Notes under the pieces: generated by a model
What the model saw: only the letters and a program-made list of their open reading frames with translations
What the model was told of the DNA's origin: nothing
The model's database searches: none
Program-made: the position numbers and the translations under genes
Part shown: positions 38,005 to 49,649 of the stretch, piece after piece
Layout of the letters: each line of letters opens with the position of its first letter
Position numbering within the stretch: position 1 is the stretch's first letter
Source: Nemertoderma westbladi
Lineage: Eukaryota; Animalia; Xenacoelomorpha
Direction: 5' to 3'
Length of the DNA stretch: 59,703 nt
Assembly: GCA_032718475.1 (NCBI GenBank)
Contig: JAUCBJ010008904.1
Location: 1 to 59,703 of the forward strand

Positions 38005-39154
38005 ATCTGCTATCTGAGTTTATTAATATTGTAATGAGTTTATGTTTAGGCGAGCGGGCGTCGCTGCCTACCTCTCTTCGCCCCGGACAGTGGGATTCTC
38101 AGCGCCGATGTACCGTTGTCGCGGTGTTTACGCCAACATGTAGCAACATCACGACAACGATAACCGGCACAAGTCACTCCACTGTCCGTCCCAAAGGCTT
38201 GAATCCACTTTAGGTTCTTTCTATAGGAGAGTTGGGCTACTTTCACAATTGCGACTAGCTACTGTAAACACACCTTAGCAGTAACATTCACCTACAAACG
38301 CACAAATTCCACACAACTGTCACCAATTGTACACATACAGGCCATTTGTCCGTTAGTCAGTGCCTTCCAGAATGTCACGTTATTACTGTGTATCCTTGGA
38401 TACTAACAGTGTGCTATGTATTCTCTATGCTATGCAATGTGACAAGCTTTCTATTGTTCTCTTAACTTGCTTCTAATTCTAGCGTGGGTGTTGCTGTGGT
38501 GACATTATGGAATGCTAGCGGTAGAATTAGGGTAATTCTCATGCATACAGATCTGGGATGCTATTTAATAATAATTCTTTAATTGTCAATATCCTCTTTA
38601 TGCATGATTTTATTAATTTTATCGGCTATTGACTATATGTTGGGGATTCTCGCACTCTAATACACTCAATAGGATGAATCTCCGCTCCCATGATCTATTA
38701 ATTAATGGAATTTTGGGAATGTTATAAATTGCACAAAATGACAATTTATGAAATTCATTTAAAATATGAATTTAAATTTATTCCCGTGAATTTTATTATT
38801 TGATGTTAAAATTGACACAATTTTTATTCCAGAGCATGTCTGGGGACTGAGGATCCTTAATTCTATAAAATTGTCTTTTAAGAGTATCGGTAAGTGCTGC
38901 GATATCTTAATTGACTAGAAATTTTAAAGGATCTGAATTTTACAGATTTTAATAAATATTAAATTAATATTTAAGATGGGCACCGATTTATTTCAGAACT
39001 TGTCTGGAGACGTTAACCATTGATTCTAGAATTTGTCTTTCAAGTATATCGGTGGGTGCCGCGATATCTTAATCGACTAGAATTACAGATGGTCAAAAGT
39101 TTTAACAGATTTATTTGCGTTTTACGCTACTGTTATATGAACATCACGCTACTA

Positions 39155-40690
39155 TATTATTATTATTATTATTATATTCTTTAATCCATCCAAAACAATA
39201 AATTTGTATCAACAAAACGAATTGCTGGACATAAGCAATGGTCCTACAGTAAAATAATTATTTATTTATTTAAATGAACTAAATATGTATGTAAGTAGCA
39301 CAATATTATTAATAAATAGTACGCATTGATTTCCACCGGGAGCCAGTAATACAATTGTTTACAATAGCAATAACTGAGCTATCACTTGAGTCCAACCTTC
39401 TAGTTATGTTGTCAATTGATTGAGCACGTAAATGAGTGAACATTGGGATATTGTTCATCCCAAAAAATAATGACATGCTAGACCTAAACGGTATTTTGAA
39501 AAATAAACGTGCTGCCTTATTATACGCTACTTTAAGACGATTGTATACAGAATCTGAATAATTTAAACGACACCAAAGTGCATTGCAATATATCGGGGTT
39601 ATAAATGAAATAAATAATAGACGCTTTACAGTTGTAGAGCACAGGGAATATTTACGTAATAACGAGTTAGCGCGCGCGTAGAGTCCGCGCGTAGCCCTCT
39701 TTATATCAAAATCATCACCTCGGGTTTCGTGTAAAATATAGCCTAAATACTTAAACTGAGTAGTCCTAACAATGGGTATACCATACAAGTAAACCGAAGC
39801 CATTGTACGCTGCGTACAATGTTTAGGCGTTAGAAACATTACTTTCGTTTTCTTTAAGTTGAATACAATACTGTGACCTATGGCATAATCTTGACATTTT
39901 TCAATTAGTTTTTGAAGACCAACCACAGAGTTGGAAATCAAACCTAAATCATCCGCATACGAAATGTGATTAATTCTACGTCCTTCAATAGCACAACCTA
40001 CATTACAGTCTATTAATGCACGTGACAAGTCATCCATATAAACATTGAAAAAATAAGGGGAGCAAATGCCACCCTGTTTTACTCCATTATAAGCACCAAA
40101 TTTTCCAGTAATGTAGTTACCCCATTTGACCATCAAACCTTGATTTCTATACCAGTATGCAAAGATTCTGACCAAATATATCGGCACTTTTTTTATCAAT
40201 CAGTTTCAAAAATAATTTGTCGTGTTCAATACGGTCAAACGCTTTGGATGCATCTATGAAACAAATATAAACTGGTGAATCATTGTCCAAATAATAATCA
40301 ATAATTTCTTGCAAAGTATGTATGGCTAATTCGGTACCTGAGTTCTTTTTGAAACCAAACTGAAAATCACTACATATAAGGCAAGATTGTATACGAGAAA
40401 GAGTAACATATTCAAAAACTTTACTAAAGATTGTTGCAATAGCAACCGGTCGATAATTAGATTTAATATCAATAGGCTCATTTCTATCCTTCAGTATAGG
40501 TACAATAATACATTCAATAATCGAACTAGGTAAATATCCATGAACAATTAGCGACGTTAAGAACAATGATAAAATAACATGTAGTCTAGAACTACTAGCG
40601 TAGACTAAATGTTCAGCTGATATGCTGTCTGGGCCAGCAGTTTTTCCTAATTTTAAATTCGAAATAGCACAATTTATTTCCGAGGGCATT
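39155..40690 (-). mobile_element. 5'-truncated RTEX-like non-LTR retrotransposon inside the 3' region of BEL element 1
   Basis: GKTAGPDSI, NYRPVAI, QFGFK, FIDASKAFDRI, GVKQGGICSP, SYADD, YLG; frameshift at an A-run near 40190; (AAT)n tail. Confidence 0.88.
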
Positions 40691-41181
40691 TCCTTTGCAT
40701 TCCTATATGTATTATTTAATATAAGGTAGAAGAGCAATATCGCACGAAGCAATGTCAGTGTGAAGAGGCAAGTCGTTTCCAAGGTCTACCCAGAGCTTGG
40801 TTTAGCCGAGACACGAGGATCTGAACTTTGCATTCCTAATACTCTGCCTACCAATAATACTTAAATATAGTAGGGGCTTTATTGTACTTTAATAAGTACG
40901 GACATTTCATCTTACTGTAGTCACGTATTTATAATATGATACGGACAGTAAGGAAAGAGAAAAAATTATTTCTCGCCGTCACTAAATATATATTATAAGT
41001 AATTACGTACGTAATAAACACTAATATATTGCACTAATCTACTAAATAATCACTAAAAATAACATTCTACTAAATAAAATTAAAGAAAACGATTATAATA
41101 AAATTACATAATAATACATACATAAATATAAAATAAAAACAAATATAAAATGATATAGTCACACGCCCACTCCATATATTA

Positions 41182-44100
41182 TTACGTTATGGAGTCCCTA
41201 GATATTTGTCGGATTAGGGAAGTGGTCGTAGGAAGAGTATCTTGCCTTCCATAGTTTCCGGACAGTTTTCGGTCTCTTTCCAGTAAACGTAAACGACCAG
41301 CTGGGCGATTGAGTTGTTGTGTTACTTTCTCCGCTCCATTGGCCTGTCTAACCTCCGCCGTGGTAAGATGAGGAGGCCATTCTTCTTCTTCTTTACTTAA
41401 GAAGTCGGATCCACCTAACCAGTCTGGAGTATCTATCAGTTCTTGAGGAGTTGCTCCTCTGGAAGCGATGTCGGCTGGATTAATCGTCCCAAGGCAATGT
41501 CTCCATTGATCTACATTGGAGTTAATATCGTCATTATCTGAGGAGTATGGTGTTCCCTCAGCTAGTTCGTCCACCTCACTGCTCTCCATTTCCCATTCCT
41601 TTACTTGGTATACCTGTTGTTGAGGTAATCTCTCTTTGAGAGTTCTACGGGAAGGGCCAGTGAAGTACCAACCTACTCTAGTTCTTACCGCATAGGTTTG
41701 TAGTGGCTGTGGTTGAGCAGGCCGTTTCTCCAATGTCTCGAGCGCCTCATGCGCGTTTTGGCCAATGAGTATTTGCACTCCAGGATAATCTGTCTGGAAT
41801 CGAGGTATCTTAAGCTGTTGGATGCTCTCGTCCTCGTCCCAGTTATAAGGTTCTACTTGGGTAGTAGCGAAGTTCTTTATAGCCACCATTTTTACTGACC
41901 TTATACTTTGTGCTCCTAATTTATCCTGGGGGGTGGACAACGCACCTACATAGTAATCTGCCGTTAGGGTAGATTTCCAAACCTGCATAATTCCTGACAT
42001 ATTCAATTTAGTCCGGAATTTGGGTTGTCCAGCAAAGATATCTTCGGCTAGTTCTTGATCGATGAATGTTCCTGTGCTGCCGGAGTCAAGGAGGGCGTTC
42101 ACTATGTAACTTTTGTTAGGACCGTGAACTCTTACCTGCACTACAGGAAATTCTCTGATTCCTACGTTGGAAGTTGGAGCTTTCCAAGATGGTTGTCTGT
42201 CAAAGGTAGTTGGGGGAAACTCATTGTCGGTGTCCTTTTCGTAAGTAAGTGCTCGATACACCGCGGTATTGATTAGGTAACAGGATTCGTTGGCGTCGGA
42301 GAATTCGTCAGTATAGAATCCTTCCATCTCAGGCTCTTGATCAGTGTCATTTACATCACTGAATTGGACATGTAGTTCGGGCTCACTTACCTGACTCGGG
42401 TTGTTTCTTTCGAACTCACTGTGTAACAAGATGTGATGTTTCGCGCCACACTTTGCACACTTTACGTCGGAGTAACAGGTTCGCCGTTGGTGTCCTGATC
42501 TGAGGCAATTATAGCATAACCGCTTATCCCACAAGACTGTACGTCTGTCTACCAGGGATTTCTTTAGGAATTCAGCACACACACTCAAACGGTGGGGCCC
42601 GTCGCACAGCGCACATTTTGGTTTGATGTTACTCACTTTACCTTGGGTAACGTTATGCACTCTCGTTCTTTCTTCGGGCTTTCTTCCGTGAATTCTCTTA
42701 GGAGACGTCGGAGGAGTTGTTGTTACCTGTTCTCTCCTGTCACTGGTTCGAGACTTATATTTACTTACGTCTTTATAGGTCTTGTTGTCATAGTAATATT
42801 TTGCTGTGTCTTTTCCGCTGTCCTCTTCTTGAGAAGCTTGGCTTTCGCCGTCGTCAGTATAACACACTGGTATTATCCTTCTCCTAGAAATGGGTTTCTC
42901 ACTTACCTTATTTTCCGATGTTTTCTCTCTGGACTGCTTTATGAGTTGTAATTTTACTTCACTATCTAAGAAGGACATGAGATCAGCCATGGTAGGGCTT
43001 CGTCGTTGCTGCTCATTCATATACAACACTTTCTTGTCCCAGCGTGTACATACTCCACCCTTTGGTAAAGTAGAGACTACTGCTCCAATAACCATGGAAC
43101 TCTGATATTCATGAGACTTACCTAACCAGTCCAATTGTCTACAGATCTCCTGAATCTCATCGGAAAACTCTATAATCCCGCTACTAAGGAAGTTTCGGGG
43201 GGCTACTAATTTTCCATACAAATACTTAGCTATGTTATCCTTGTTACCATACCTGATGTTTAATGTATCCCAAACTTGTCTTAATCCTTCTGGATGTCCA
43301 ATAAACTTTAACGCCATTAACTTGGGAGGTCCTTCCAAGCACTTGATGAGGAACCTAAGTTTCTCTCCGTTAGATAGTACAGAGTTCTGTATGCTGTCTT
43401 TGTAATATTCATTGAAAGGTAACCATTTCATCTCATCTCCATTGAATTTGACGATCTCTCCCACTTTGACCGCTTGGCGGGCTTCTGTTCTAGCCATCTG
43501 ACGCGTAAAGCTTTCTTGGGCCATCGTGTTATTTAATATCGAATTATCGGTATTTAAATTTCTCGGATCATTATCAGGTCTATAGGGAATATCATTAACA
43601 ACAGGTTTATAATCACCCTTAATAGGGTTTGCTATAGGAGTTTCTACTTCACTAGCAGTATAGATGCGTGTAGGCTCCACACCTTGCGCATGTAATACTT
43701 CAGACCTAACAGGTTGACACAATGTTACAGGGGGTATTGGTATACTCTTTTGTATATTGACTAATTTGTCGCATTCTAGCGCGATACTTTGCTGCACTTC
43801 TTGCAATTCGGCCCTACCTTCCCTTACTGTTCCCTTAAGTTGGTGGACAGTCTCTTGCATCTGTCCGAGCAGGAGATTCATCCCCCGCCGTCCCTCCTCT
43901 ACCCACTCAACCGCCGAAGCGGGAGTCGCCAACATTGTAGCGGGCCGACGCGGGACGACGGGAGACAAATCCTTGATTTCTCTCTCAGTGCTCAGAACAG
44001 GGATATTCTCATGGACTGTTCTACCGGGTACAGGCAGTGTAGTACTGTGTAAAGGGAATTTAGAGTTAAGCTCTGGAAGTACAGGGGTCTCTAGCACAGG

Positions 44101-45429
44101 AGTGACTTTGGGAATGACAGGCCTAATTATTTCAGGCTCATCAACTATAGTAGGGAGTCTTTTGACCTTAATAATTTGGTCTGTAGGTTCTATACTACTT
44201 AAGTCTGTGCTAGCTAGTTGTCTTCTAACAGCTGGGGGCAAATCAGGCAATTTGTGACGGTGAGATGTTTTTCTACGCCTGCTTAGACGAGATCTATTTC
44301 CTCCGCCTTCAGGATCGGTGGTCTCGCCTTCCTCCGATGATGTGTACCCCTGGCGTTTGGGAGTAGATCGACTCATCATCTGCATTCGACTAGCAGTTAA
44401 CTGTTTATTTATGTTGTCTTGTGTCTCTTGCAGATTTTCCAACTCCAGTTGGGTAGTCTCCTCAGAGGCTCTCCGTTCTGCTTCTGCCACTGCCTTTGCT
44501 GCTTTTCTTTCTGCTTCTGCTTCTGCCGCCGCTGCTTTTCTTTCTGCTTCTGCTTCTGCCGCCGCTGCCTTTCTTTCTGCTTCTGCTTCTGCCGCCGCTG
44601 CCTTTCTTTCTACTTCTGCTTCTGCCGCCGCTGCCTTTCTTTCGGCTTCTACTTCTGCCGCCGCTGCCTTTCTTTCTGCTTCCACTTCGGCCATTGCCGC
44701 TGTTACTGCAGCTGCCTTTCGGTCCTCTATCCGTTTTTTCTTTACTTGTTCTTCTTGGACTCTAGCGAGGCGGAGTTTTTCATCAAATTTAGCTTGGTTT
44801 GCAGCTAACATTTCAATATCGATTGCGTCCAACACATGCTTGGCTCCTTCACTATTAGGGGAAAGTCCAGACAGCCGTCTCCTCAACTCTTTGTCTCCTA
44901 GGAATCGCTGATAGTCGGACAGATAAATGTCAATAGCATCTCTAGAGGGCGGCTTCTCTGATGCTATCTCTTCGCTTTCCTCTTGAGAAAGGGTGGCATC
45001 GGTTGGTTCTTCATAGGTTGGTCTCTCAGCCAGCTGGGATTTCCACTGGGCCGTTTCTTGTACTTTGAGACTTACCCGCTGGAACCAAGTCTTGACAGCA
45101 ACCTGCAGCGACGTGTCCTGTCTTCTTTTGGAAGTTTCCTCAAAGGCTGACAGGAGTAGTCTAATGCGTAGGGTTCTTTCGCGTACTTGATATAGCAGCT
45201 CTTCCTGCTCTTGAGGTCCTTGGGGTTGTCGAAACAGTTGTTCTTCTAATCGCTCTAAGGAGCCGAAGAATCCCTGCACATATCCTGCTGCCGACCTCTT
45301 CCAAACAGCTGGATCCATCGTATCTTTAGTCACTCCCATCCTGTGTATGTCTTCCCAAGTAGCTTCGGACAAATCTAACGGGAGTCCGGGTCCGGGAAAG
45401 TTCCATTGTGACTCGACAATAGACATCAA
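41182..45429 (-). CDS. BEL Gag-protease polyprotein remnant (1415 aa) with two in-frame deletions
   Basis: KFNGDEMKW gag core, CX2CX3HX4C/CX2CX4HX4C/CX2CX3H knuckles, LLDSGSTGTFI, NPADIASRG; colinear with 53402-59407 except for the missing RT-RH and IN. Confidence 0.9.
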   Translation of the reverse strand: MMSIVESQWNFPGPGLPLDLSEATWEDIHRMGVTKDTMDPAVWKRSAAGYVQGFFGSLERLEEQLFRQPQGPQEQEELLYQVRERTLRIRLLLSAFEETSKRRQDTSLQVAVKTWFQRVSLKVQETAQWKSQLAERPTYEEPTDATLSQEESEEIASEKPPSRDAIDIYLSDYQRFLGDKELRRRLSGLSPNSEGAKHVLDAIDIEMLAANQAKFDEKLRLARVQEEQVKKKRIEDRKAAAVTAAMAEVEAERKAAAAEVEAERKAAAAEAEVERKAAAAEAEAERKAAAAEAEAERKAAAAEAEAERKAAKAVAEAERRASEETTQLELENLQETQDNINKQLTASRMQMMSRSTPKRQGYTSSEEGETTDPEGGGNRSRLSRRRKTSHRHKLPDLPPAVRRQLASTDLSSIEPTDQIIKVKRLPTIVDEPEIIRPVIPKVTPVLETPVLPELNSKFPLHSTTLPVPGRTVHENIPVLSTEREIKDLSPVVPRRPATMLATPASAVEWVEEGRRGMNLLLGQMQETVHQLKGTVREGRAELQEVQQSIALECDKLVNIQKSIPIPPVTLCQPVRSEVLHAQGVEPTRIYTASEVETPIANPIKGDYKPVVNDIPYRPDNDPRNLNTDNSILNNTMAQESFTRQMARTEARQAVKVGEIVKFNGDEMKWLPFNEYYKDSIQNSVLSNGEKLRFLIKCLEGPPKLMALKFIGHPEGLRQVWDTLNIRYGNKDNIAKYLYGKLVAPRNFLSSGIIEFSDEIQEICRQLDWLGKSHEYQSSMVIGAVVSTLPKGGVCTRWDKKVLYMNEQQRRSPTMADLMSFLDSEVKLQLIKQSREKTSENKVSEKPISRRRIIPVCYTDDGESQASQEEDSGKDTAKYYYDNKTYKDVSKYKSRTSDRREQVTTTPPTSPKRIHGRKPEERTRVHNVTQGKVSNIKPKCALCDGPHRLSVCAEFLKKSLVDRRTVLWDKRLCYNCLRSGHQRRTCYSDVKCAKCGAKHHILLHSEFERNNPSQVSEPELHVQFSDVNDTDQEPEMEGFYTDEFSDANESCYLINTAVYRALTYEKDTDNEFPPTTFDRQPSWKAPTSNVGIREFPVVQVRVHGPNKSYIVNALLDSGSTGTFIDQELAEDIFAGQPKFRTKLNMSGIMQVWKSTLTADYYVGALSTPQDKLGAQSIRSVKMVAIKNFATTQVEPYNWDEDESIQQLKIPRFQTDYPGVQILIGQNAHEALETLEKRPAQPQPLQTYAVRTRVGWYFTGPSRRTLKERLPQQQVYQVKEWEMESSEVDELAEGTPYSSDNDDINSNVDQWRHCLGTINPADIASRGATPQELIDTPDWLGGSDFLSKEEEEWPPHLTTAEVRQANGAEKVTQQLNRPAGRLRLLERDRKLSGNYGRQDTLPTTTSLIRQISRDSIT
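44470..44690 (-). repeat. 33-bp coding tandem repeat (AERKAAAAEAE), ~6 copies, in gag
   Basis: Visible in both DNA and translation; helical or coiled-coil composition. Confidence 0.92.
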
Positions 45430-46794
45430 TTCTTCCCTGGCGTATCCCTATCCTATCTTGGGTCGCTCGCTTACTTCTCGCCCAATCGGCTTGATGTTCC
45501 TCCACCGCAATCAATATAGTAGTTAGCACTGCGGCAGGAAGGGTGAGAAGGGGATCCGAGTAGGCTGTAGCCGTCATCTGCACTCCGTGTTCGGGGGTCA
45601 GCTCTGCAGTATCCTCTACAATAATATATCTACAATAGTATGCTCTACAATAAATAATCAGTAGTTAAATATACTTGAACAGTTAAAAGAACCACGGCAT
45701 CTGCTGGAGTGACCGAAGCACAAAGTCACCAGTCTTTTCCTACGCCAAGCAGCCCGTGTAGTACCGGGGTTAATTTAACTATAACGGTATGTATAACAAG
45801 CACAATTACTGTAGGAATAAACTTGGGGACATGAATGTTGCGAATAATCGCATAAACTCTGAATAATAAATATTACGCTACCCGTACAGAATACTCAAAC
45901 AAATACAAACCAAAACGCTGGCAGACTACCACCAAGCCTAAATAAACTACTGTATGTGCAGATTCCAAAATGGTTAGTTAGTATGCGTTCTAACACAGTA
46001 GTACGACTTATTCTTTAAGAGTATTGTTATTGACCTTACAGCTATAGCTGCCCCAACTTACTAACTGGCACTTTATCAGACAAACTCTACACACGCAGCA
46101 ATCTCTCCAGACCTAATAATAGCTAGACAACAATCCAGCCTACAAAATATCTGAGTAATAACTATTACGGTACCTGAACAGACCACACAAACAAACACAG
46201 GCCAAAACGTTGGCAGAAAACTGTCAAGCCTAAATAAGCTACAGTATGTGCAGATTCCAAAATGGTTAGTTAGTATGCGTTCTAACACGGTAGTACGACT
46301 TATTCTTTAAGAGGGGATTGACCTTACAGCTATGGCTGCCCCAACTTACTAACTGGCACTCTATCGGACAAACTCTACACACGCCGCAATCTCTCCAAAC
46401 CCAACAACAATCCGACAACAGTCCGGCCTACAGCTATCTGAACAATCTGAGCAGACTTACACGTCTTCAGCTCAATATTAACTTACTAGGAAATAAAACT
46501 GACAGAAATAGACCTAAGTAAAATCCCAATAAAAACCAGGCGTCCCCGATTTAATATCGAGACCTACCGGTATACAATAATCAAAATCGAATAATACTAA
46601 TGTACTTATACTGGAAGTACCGGTTAGGACAGTTGGGCCTACGGACCTACAGAAGTACCGGTTCTGGCAGTTGGACCTACGGACCTACAGCAGTACCGGT
46701 TCTGGCAGTTGGGCCTACTGACCTACAGAAGTACCGGTTCAGGTTTACCGGTCGACCGCTACTTTCAACTTTATTGCTTACTGCAATAAAGTCA

Positions 46795-46805
46795 ATAACT
46801 GTTAT
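46795..46805 (-). promoter_or_regulatory. PBS position of element 1 (ATAACAGTTAT), non-tRNA, complementary to the LTR site at 35964-35974
   Basis: Directly follows the LTR end ...TACA; no TGG. Confidence 0.65.
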
Positions 46806-47401
46806 TGTACGCGCTTTTGAAGACCTTTAGCAGTTTAACCTGCCAAAATTTATATGTCTTTTGGTTTATAAATAGACTTTAGAAGTTGACAAATATTTAA
46901 TACCAATAAACACAACATTAGCAGAAGCCAGCCTAGTGCACGTCCATTCACCCGCTGGATATACCCGGGAGACTGGATTCTGAGGGCTTAGATTATTATT
47001 GCATTGTAAGCTTACTGTATTATTCGATTGATCGTTAATAAATAATTTCTGACTAATATTATTCACTTTCGGGAAATATTAACAGTTCCTTTAGGACGTG
47101 GCGCTCTATCTAGGTAAACAGAGATATGACTTATACTAATCACAACGGTAAGTCGGTAAGGCTTATGATTCACGTATGAGGCGCATTCTTTAGGAAATGC
47201 TTAGTTATCAGTCACAATCAGGCACACTACCGGTAACACACAATACTGCTCACTAATTTGCCGACCGTCAATGAATTTTATCATATATAAAGAGAACAGC
47301 AACGGACTCATGTAGTGCTTATCAAATAGCATTAAATTCACTACAAACCACAATAATATAAGTCGCAATCGCTATATATAACCCGTCTCTCTAACCTGTA
47401 G
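46806..47401 (-). repeat. Remaining 3' half of the 5' LTR of BEL element 1, cut by element 2
   Basis: About 4 substitutions and one 2-bp indel versus 35234-35827, counted by eye. Confidence 0.92.
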
Positions 47402-48537
47402 TGTAAAAGCTTTTGCGTAATTAACCGGTTATTTTCCCTTAAAGTACTCTGTAGTTGGTTTACCAGGCATAAAAAGGCCGTGTCCTTGCTGTCTGGTGTT
47501 TTAGAGGACATAAAAGTCATTTCTTCTGTATTTGTACTTTAGAGGACATAATCCGCAATCTCGTGACGCGATAAGCTAGATACTCTTGAAAACAGTGTCG
47601 CTACCATGACGACGGCTAACAGCTGATATTGCCACGTCGACATTTCTTTGTTTCTTTGTTCTCTCGTTGTTCGGTTGACCAATCAGAGCGTTTTTTGTCT
47701 CTGTGTTGGAGGTGGATACAGAAACTCAGTAGTTCAGTGTTATGTTTTTTCCAGAGCCTAAGAACATCAGCTTTTGGCACCTCCGTATATCAGCATTCTT
47801 TAGCTTTACATTAGTAGGCTTAATTATAGAACGTATATCTGTTATCTTACTCAACAAACCGAATCATACCTTAACTTTACTGCTTTTACTGTCGGTTATT
47901 CATTATATTGGTTGATGAAATATTATATCGGAATACTGATCAATAGTCAGATACCCCACCTTCTTGATATACTAAAGGTTAGAGAGACCGGTTACAGATA
48001 AACGATTGCGACCTATGTTAAGTGGTTTGAAGTGAATCTAATGCTATTTCATATGCCCGACATAAATTGTATGTTGCTCTCTTTATACGTGACCAAATTT
48101 AGTGAAGGTCGGCAGATTAGTGTGCAGTATTGTGCAGCATTGTGTATGATTGTAACTGATAACAAAGCATCTCCTAAAGAATGCGCCATATACGTAAATC
48201 TATAGCCTTTTCGTTGTGTCTAGTTTAAGTCATAACTCTGTTTACATATTTAGAGCGCCACGTCCTAAAGGAACTGTTAATATTTCCCGAAAGTGAATAA
48301 TATTTGTCAGAGATTATATATTACGATCAGTCGAATAATACGGTAGGCTTACACCATCAATCATTAAGCTTCCGAATTCAGTCTCCCGGGTATATCCAGC
48401 GGGTGAATGATTGCGCATAGACTGGCTTCGGCTAATGTAGTGTATCAAATACTCGTCATAAGCTAAAGAATATATATCATCTAAAAGACATCCTAATTTG
48501 GCAGGTTAAACTGTCAAAGGTCTTAAAAGCGCAAACA
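47402..48537 (+). repeat. 5' LTR of BEL element 2 (~1136 bp)
   Basis: TGT...ACA termini; colinear homology to the reverse complement of 35234-36476; conserved CCAATCAGAGCG box at 47679. Confidence 0.85.
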
Positions 48538-48548
48538 ATAACAGATAT
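48538..48548 (+). promoter_or_regulatory. PBS position of element 2 (ATAACAGATAT), non-tRNA, complementary to the LTR site at 47835-47845
   Basis: Exact 11-nt reverse complement ATATCTGTTAT inside the same LTR. Confidence 0.65.
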
Positions 48549-48829
48549 TGCTTCTGGATTGCGGTGTAAGCAATCAAGTCTAAAGTACCGGTACTGGTCG
48601 AACGGTAACCTGTACTGCTGTAACCAGTAGGCCTGACTGCCTGATCATCCGAACCGGTACTTACAGTACAGGTACAGCAGTATTATTCGATTGTGGTATT
48701 GTATACCGGTAGGCTGTTTAAGAGATTAGGGACTGTAGCACCCCTTGTTTCTTTTGGAGCTTACTTATTTCTGTCAGTTTTATTTATTTGTAGGCCAGTA
48801 TTGAGCAGAAGGCGTGTAAGCCTGCTCAG

Positions 48830-49390
48830 ATTGTACAGATAATTTGTAGGCTTGACTGTTGTCTAACTGTTGTTAAGTCTGAACGGATTGCAGTGTGTGT
48901 AGAGCATCTGTCCGATGAAGTGCTAGTTAGGAAAGTAGGGGCTTCAAGTGCTGTGAGGTAAACCCCCTGTGAAAGAATAAGTCGTACTACTGGGTTAGAA
49001 CGCATACTAACTAATCATTTCGGAGTCTGCATATACTGTAGTGTATTTGGGCTTGATAGTAGTCTGCCATCGTTTGGTCTGTACTTTGTTTGTGTAGTCT
49101 GTACGGGTAGCGTATAATTTTATTTAGATAATTTGTAGGCTGGATAGTTGTCTGGCTGTTGTTGGGTTTGAGGAAATTTCGGTGTGTGTAGAGCATCTGT
49201 CCGATAAAGTGCTAAGTTAGGAAAGTAGGGGCTTCAAGTGCTGTGAGGTAAACCCCCTGTGAAAGAATAAGTCGTACTACTGGGTTAGAACGCATACTAA
49301 CTAATCATTTCGGAGTCTGCATATACCGTAGTTTGTTTAGGCTTGATAGTAGTCTGTCAGTATTTGGTCTGCATTTTGTTTGAATAGTCT
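48830..49390 (+). repeat. ~290-bp direct duplication in the BEL 5' UTR (also present in element 1 at ~45880-46460)
   Basis: Block AAAGAATAAGTCGTACTAC..GTTAGAACGCATACTAACTAA occurs twice in each element. Confidence 0.85.
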
Positions 49391-49649
49391 GTACGCGTAG
49401 CGTAATATTTATTATTCAGAGTTTATGCGATTATTCGCAACATTCATATCCCCAAGTTTATTCCTACAGTAATTGTGTTTGTTATACATACCGTTATAGT
49501 TAAACTAACCCCGGTACTACATCAGGGCTGCTCGGCGTAGGTAAAGACTGGAGATTTTAGTGCTTTGGTCACTCCGGCAGATACCGTGGTTCTTTTAGCT
49601 GTTCAAGTATTTTTAACTACTAATTATTTGTCGTACAAGTACTTGTACC

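Larger units (their letters stand above)
35234..47401 (-). mobile_element. BEL/Pao LTR retrotransposon, element 1 (RT/RNase H- and integrase-deleted, with a 3' accessory ORF)
   Basis: Two near-identical LTR copies, a PPT, and a BEL gag with three CCHC knuckles plus protease motif LLDSGS. Confidence 0.9.

Noticed and set aside
40693-40782. N-terminus of ORF 40147-40782
   Set aside because: Read-through from BEL 3' UTR sequence into the truncated RTEX frame
41150-41175. GGAGTGGGCG|TGTGAC just after pol as PPT and LTR start (also at ~59415-59430)
   Set aside because: This sequence is not repeated at the 5' end of either element; the real LTR start TGTAAAAGCTT is shared at 36476 and 47402
43757-44911. 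Plus-strand Ala/Ser-, Cys/Phe- and Leu-rich ORFs
   Set aside because: Antisense shadows of BEL gag and its 33-bp repeat
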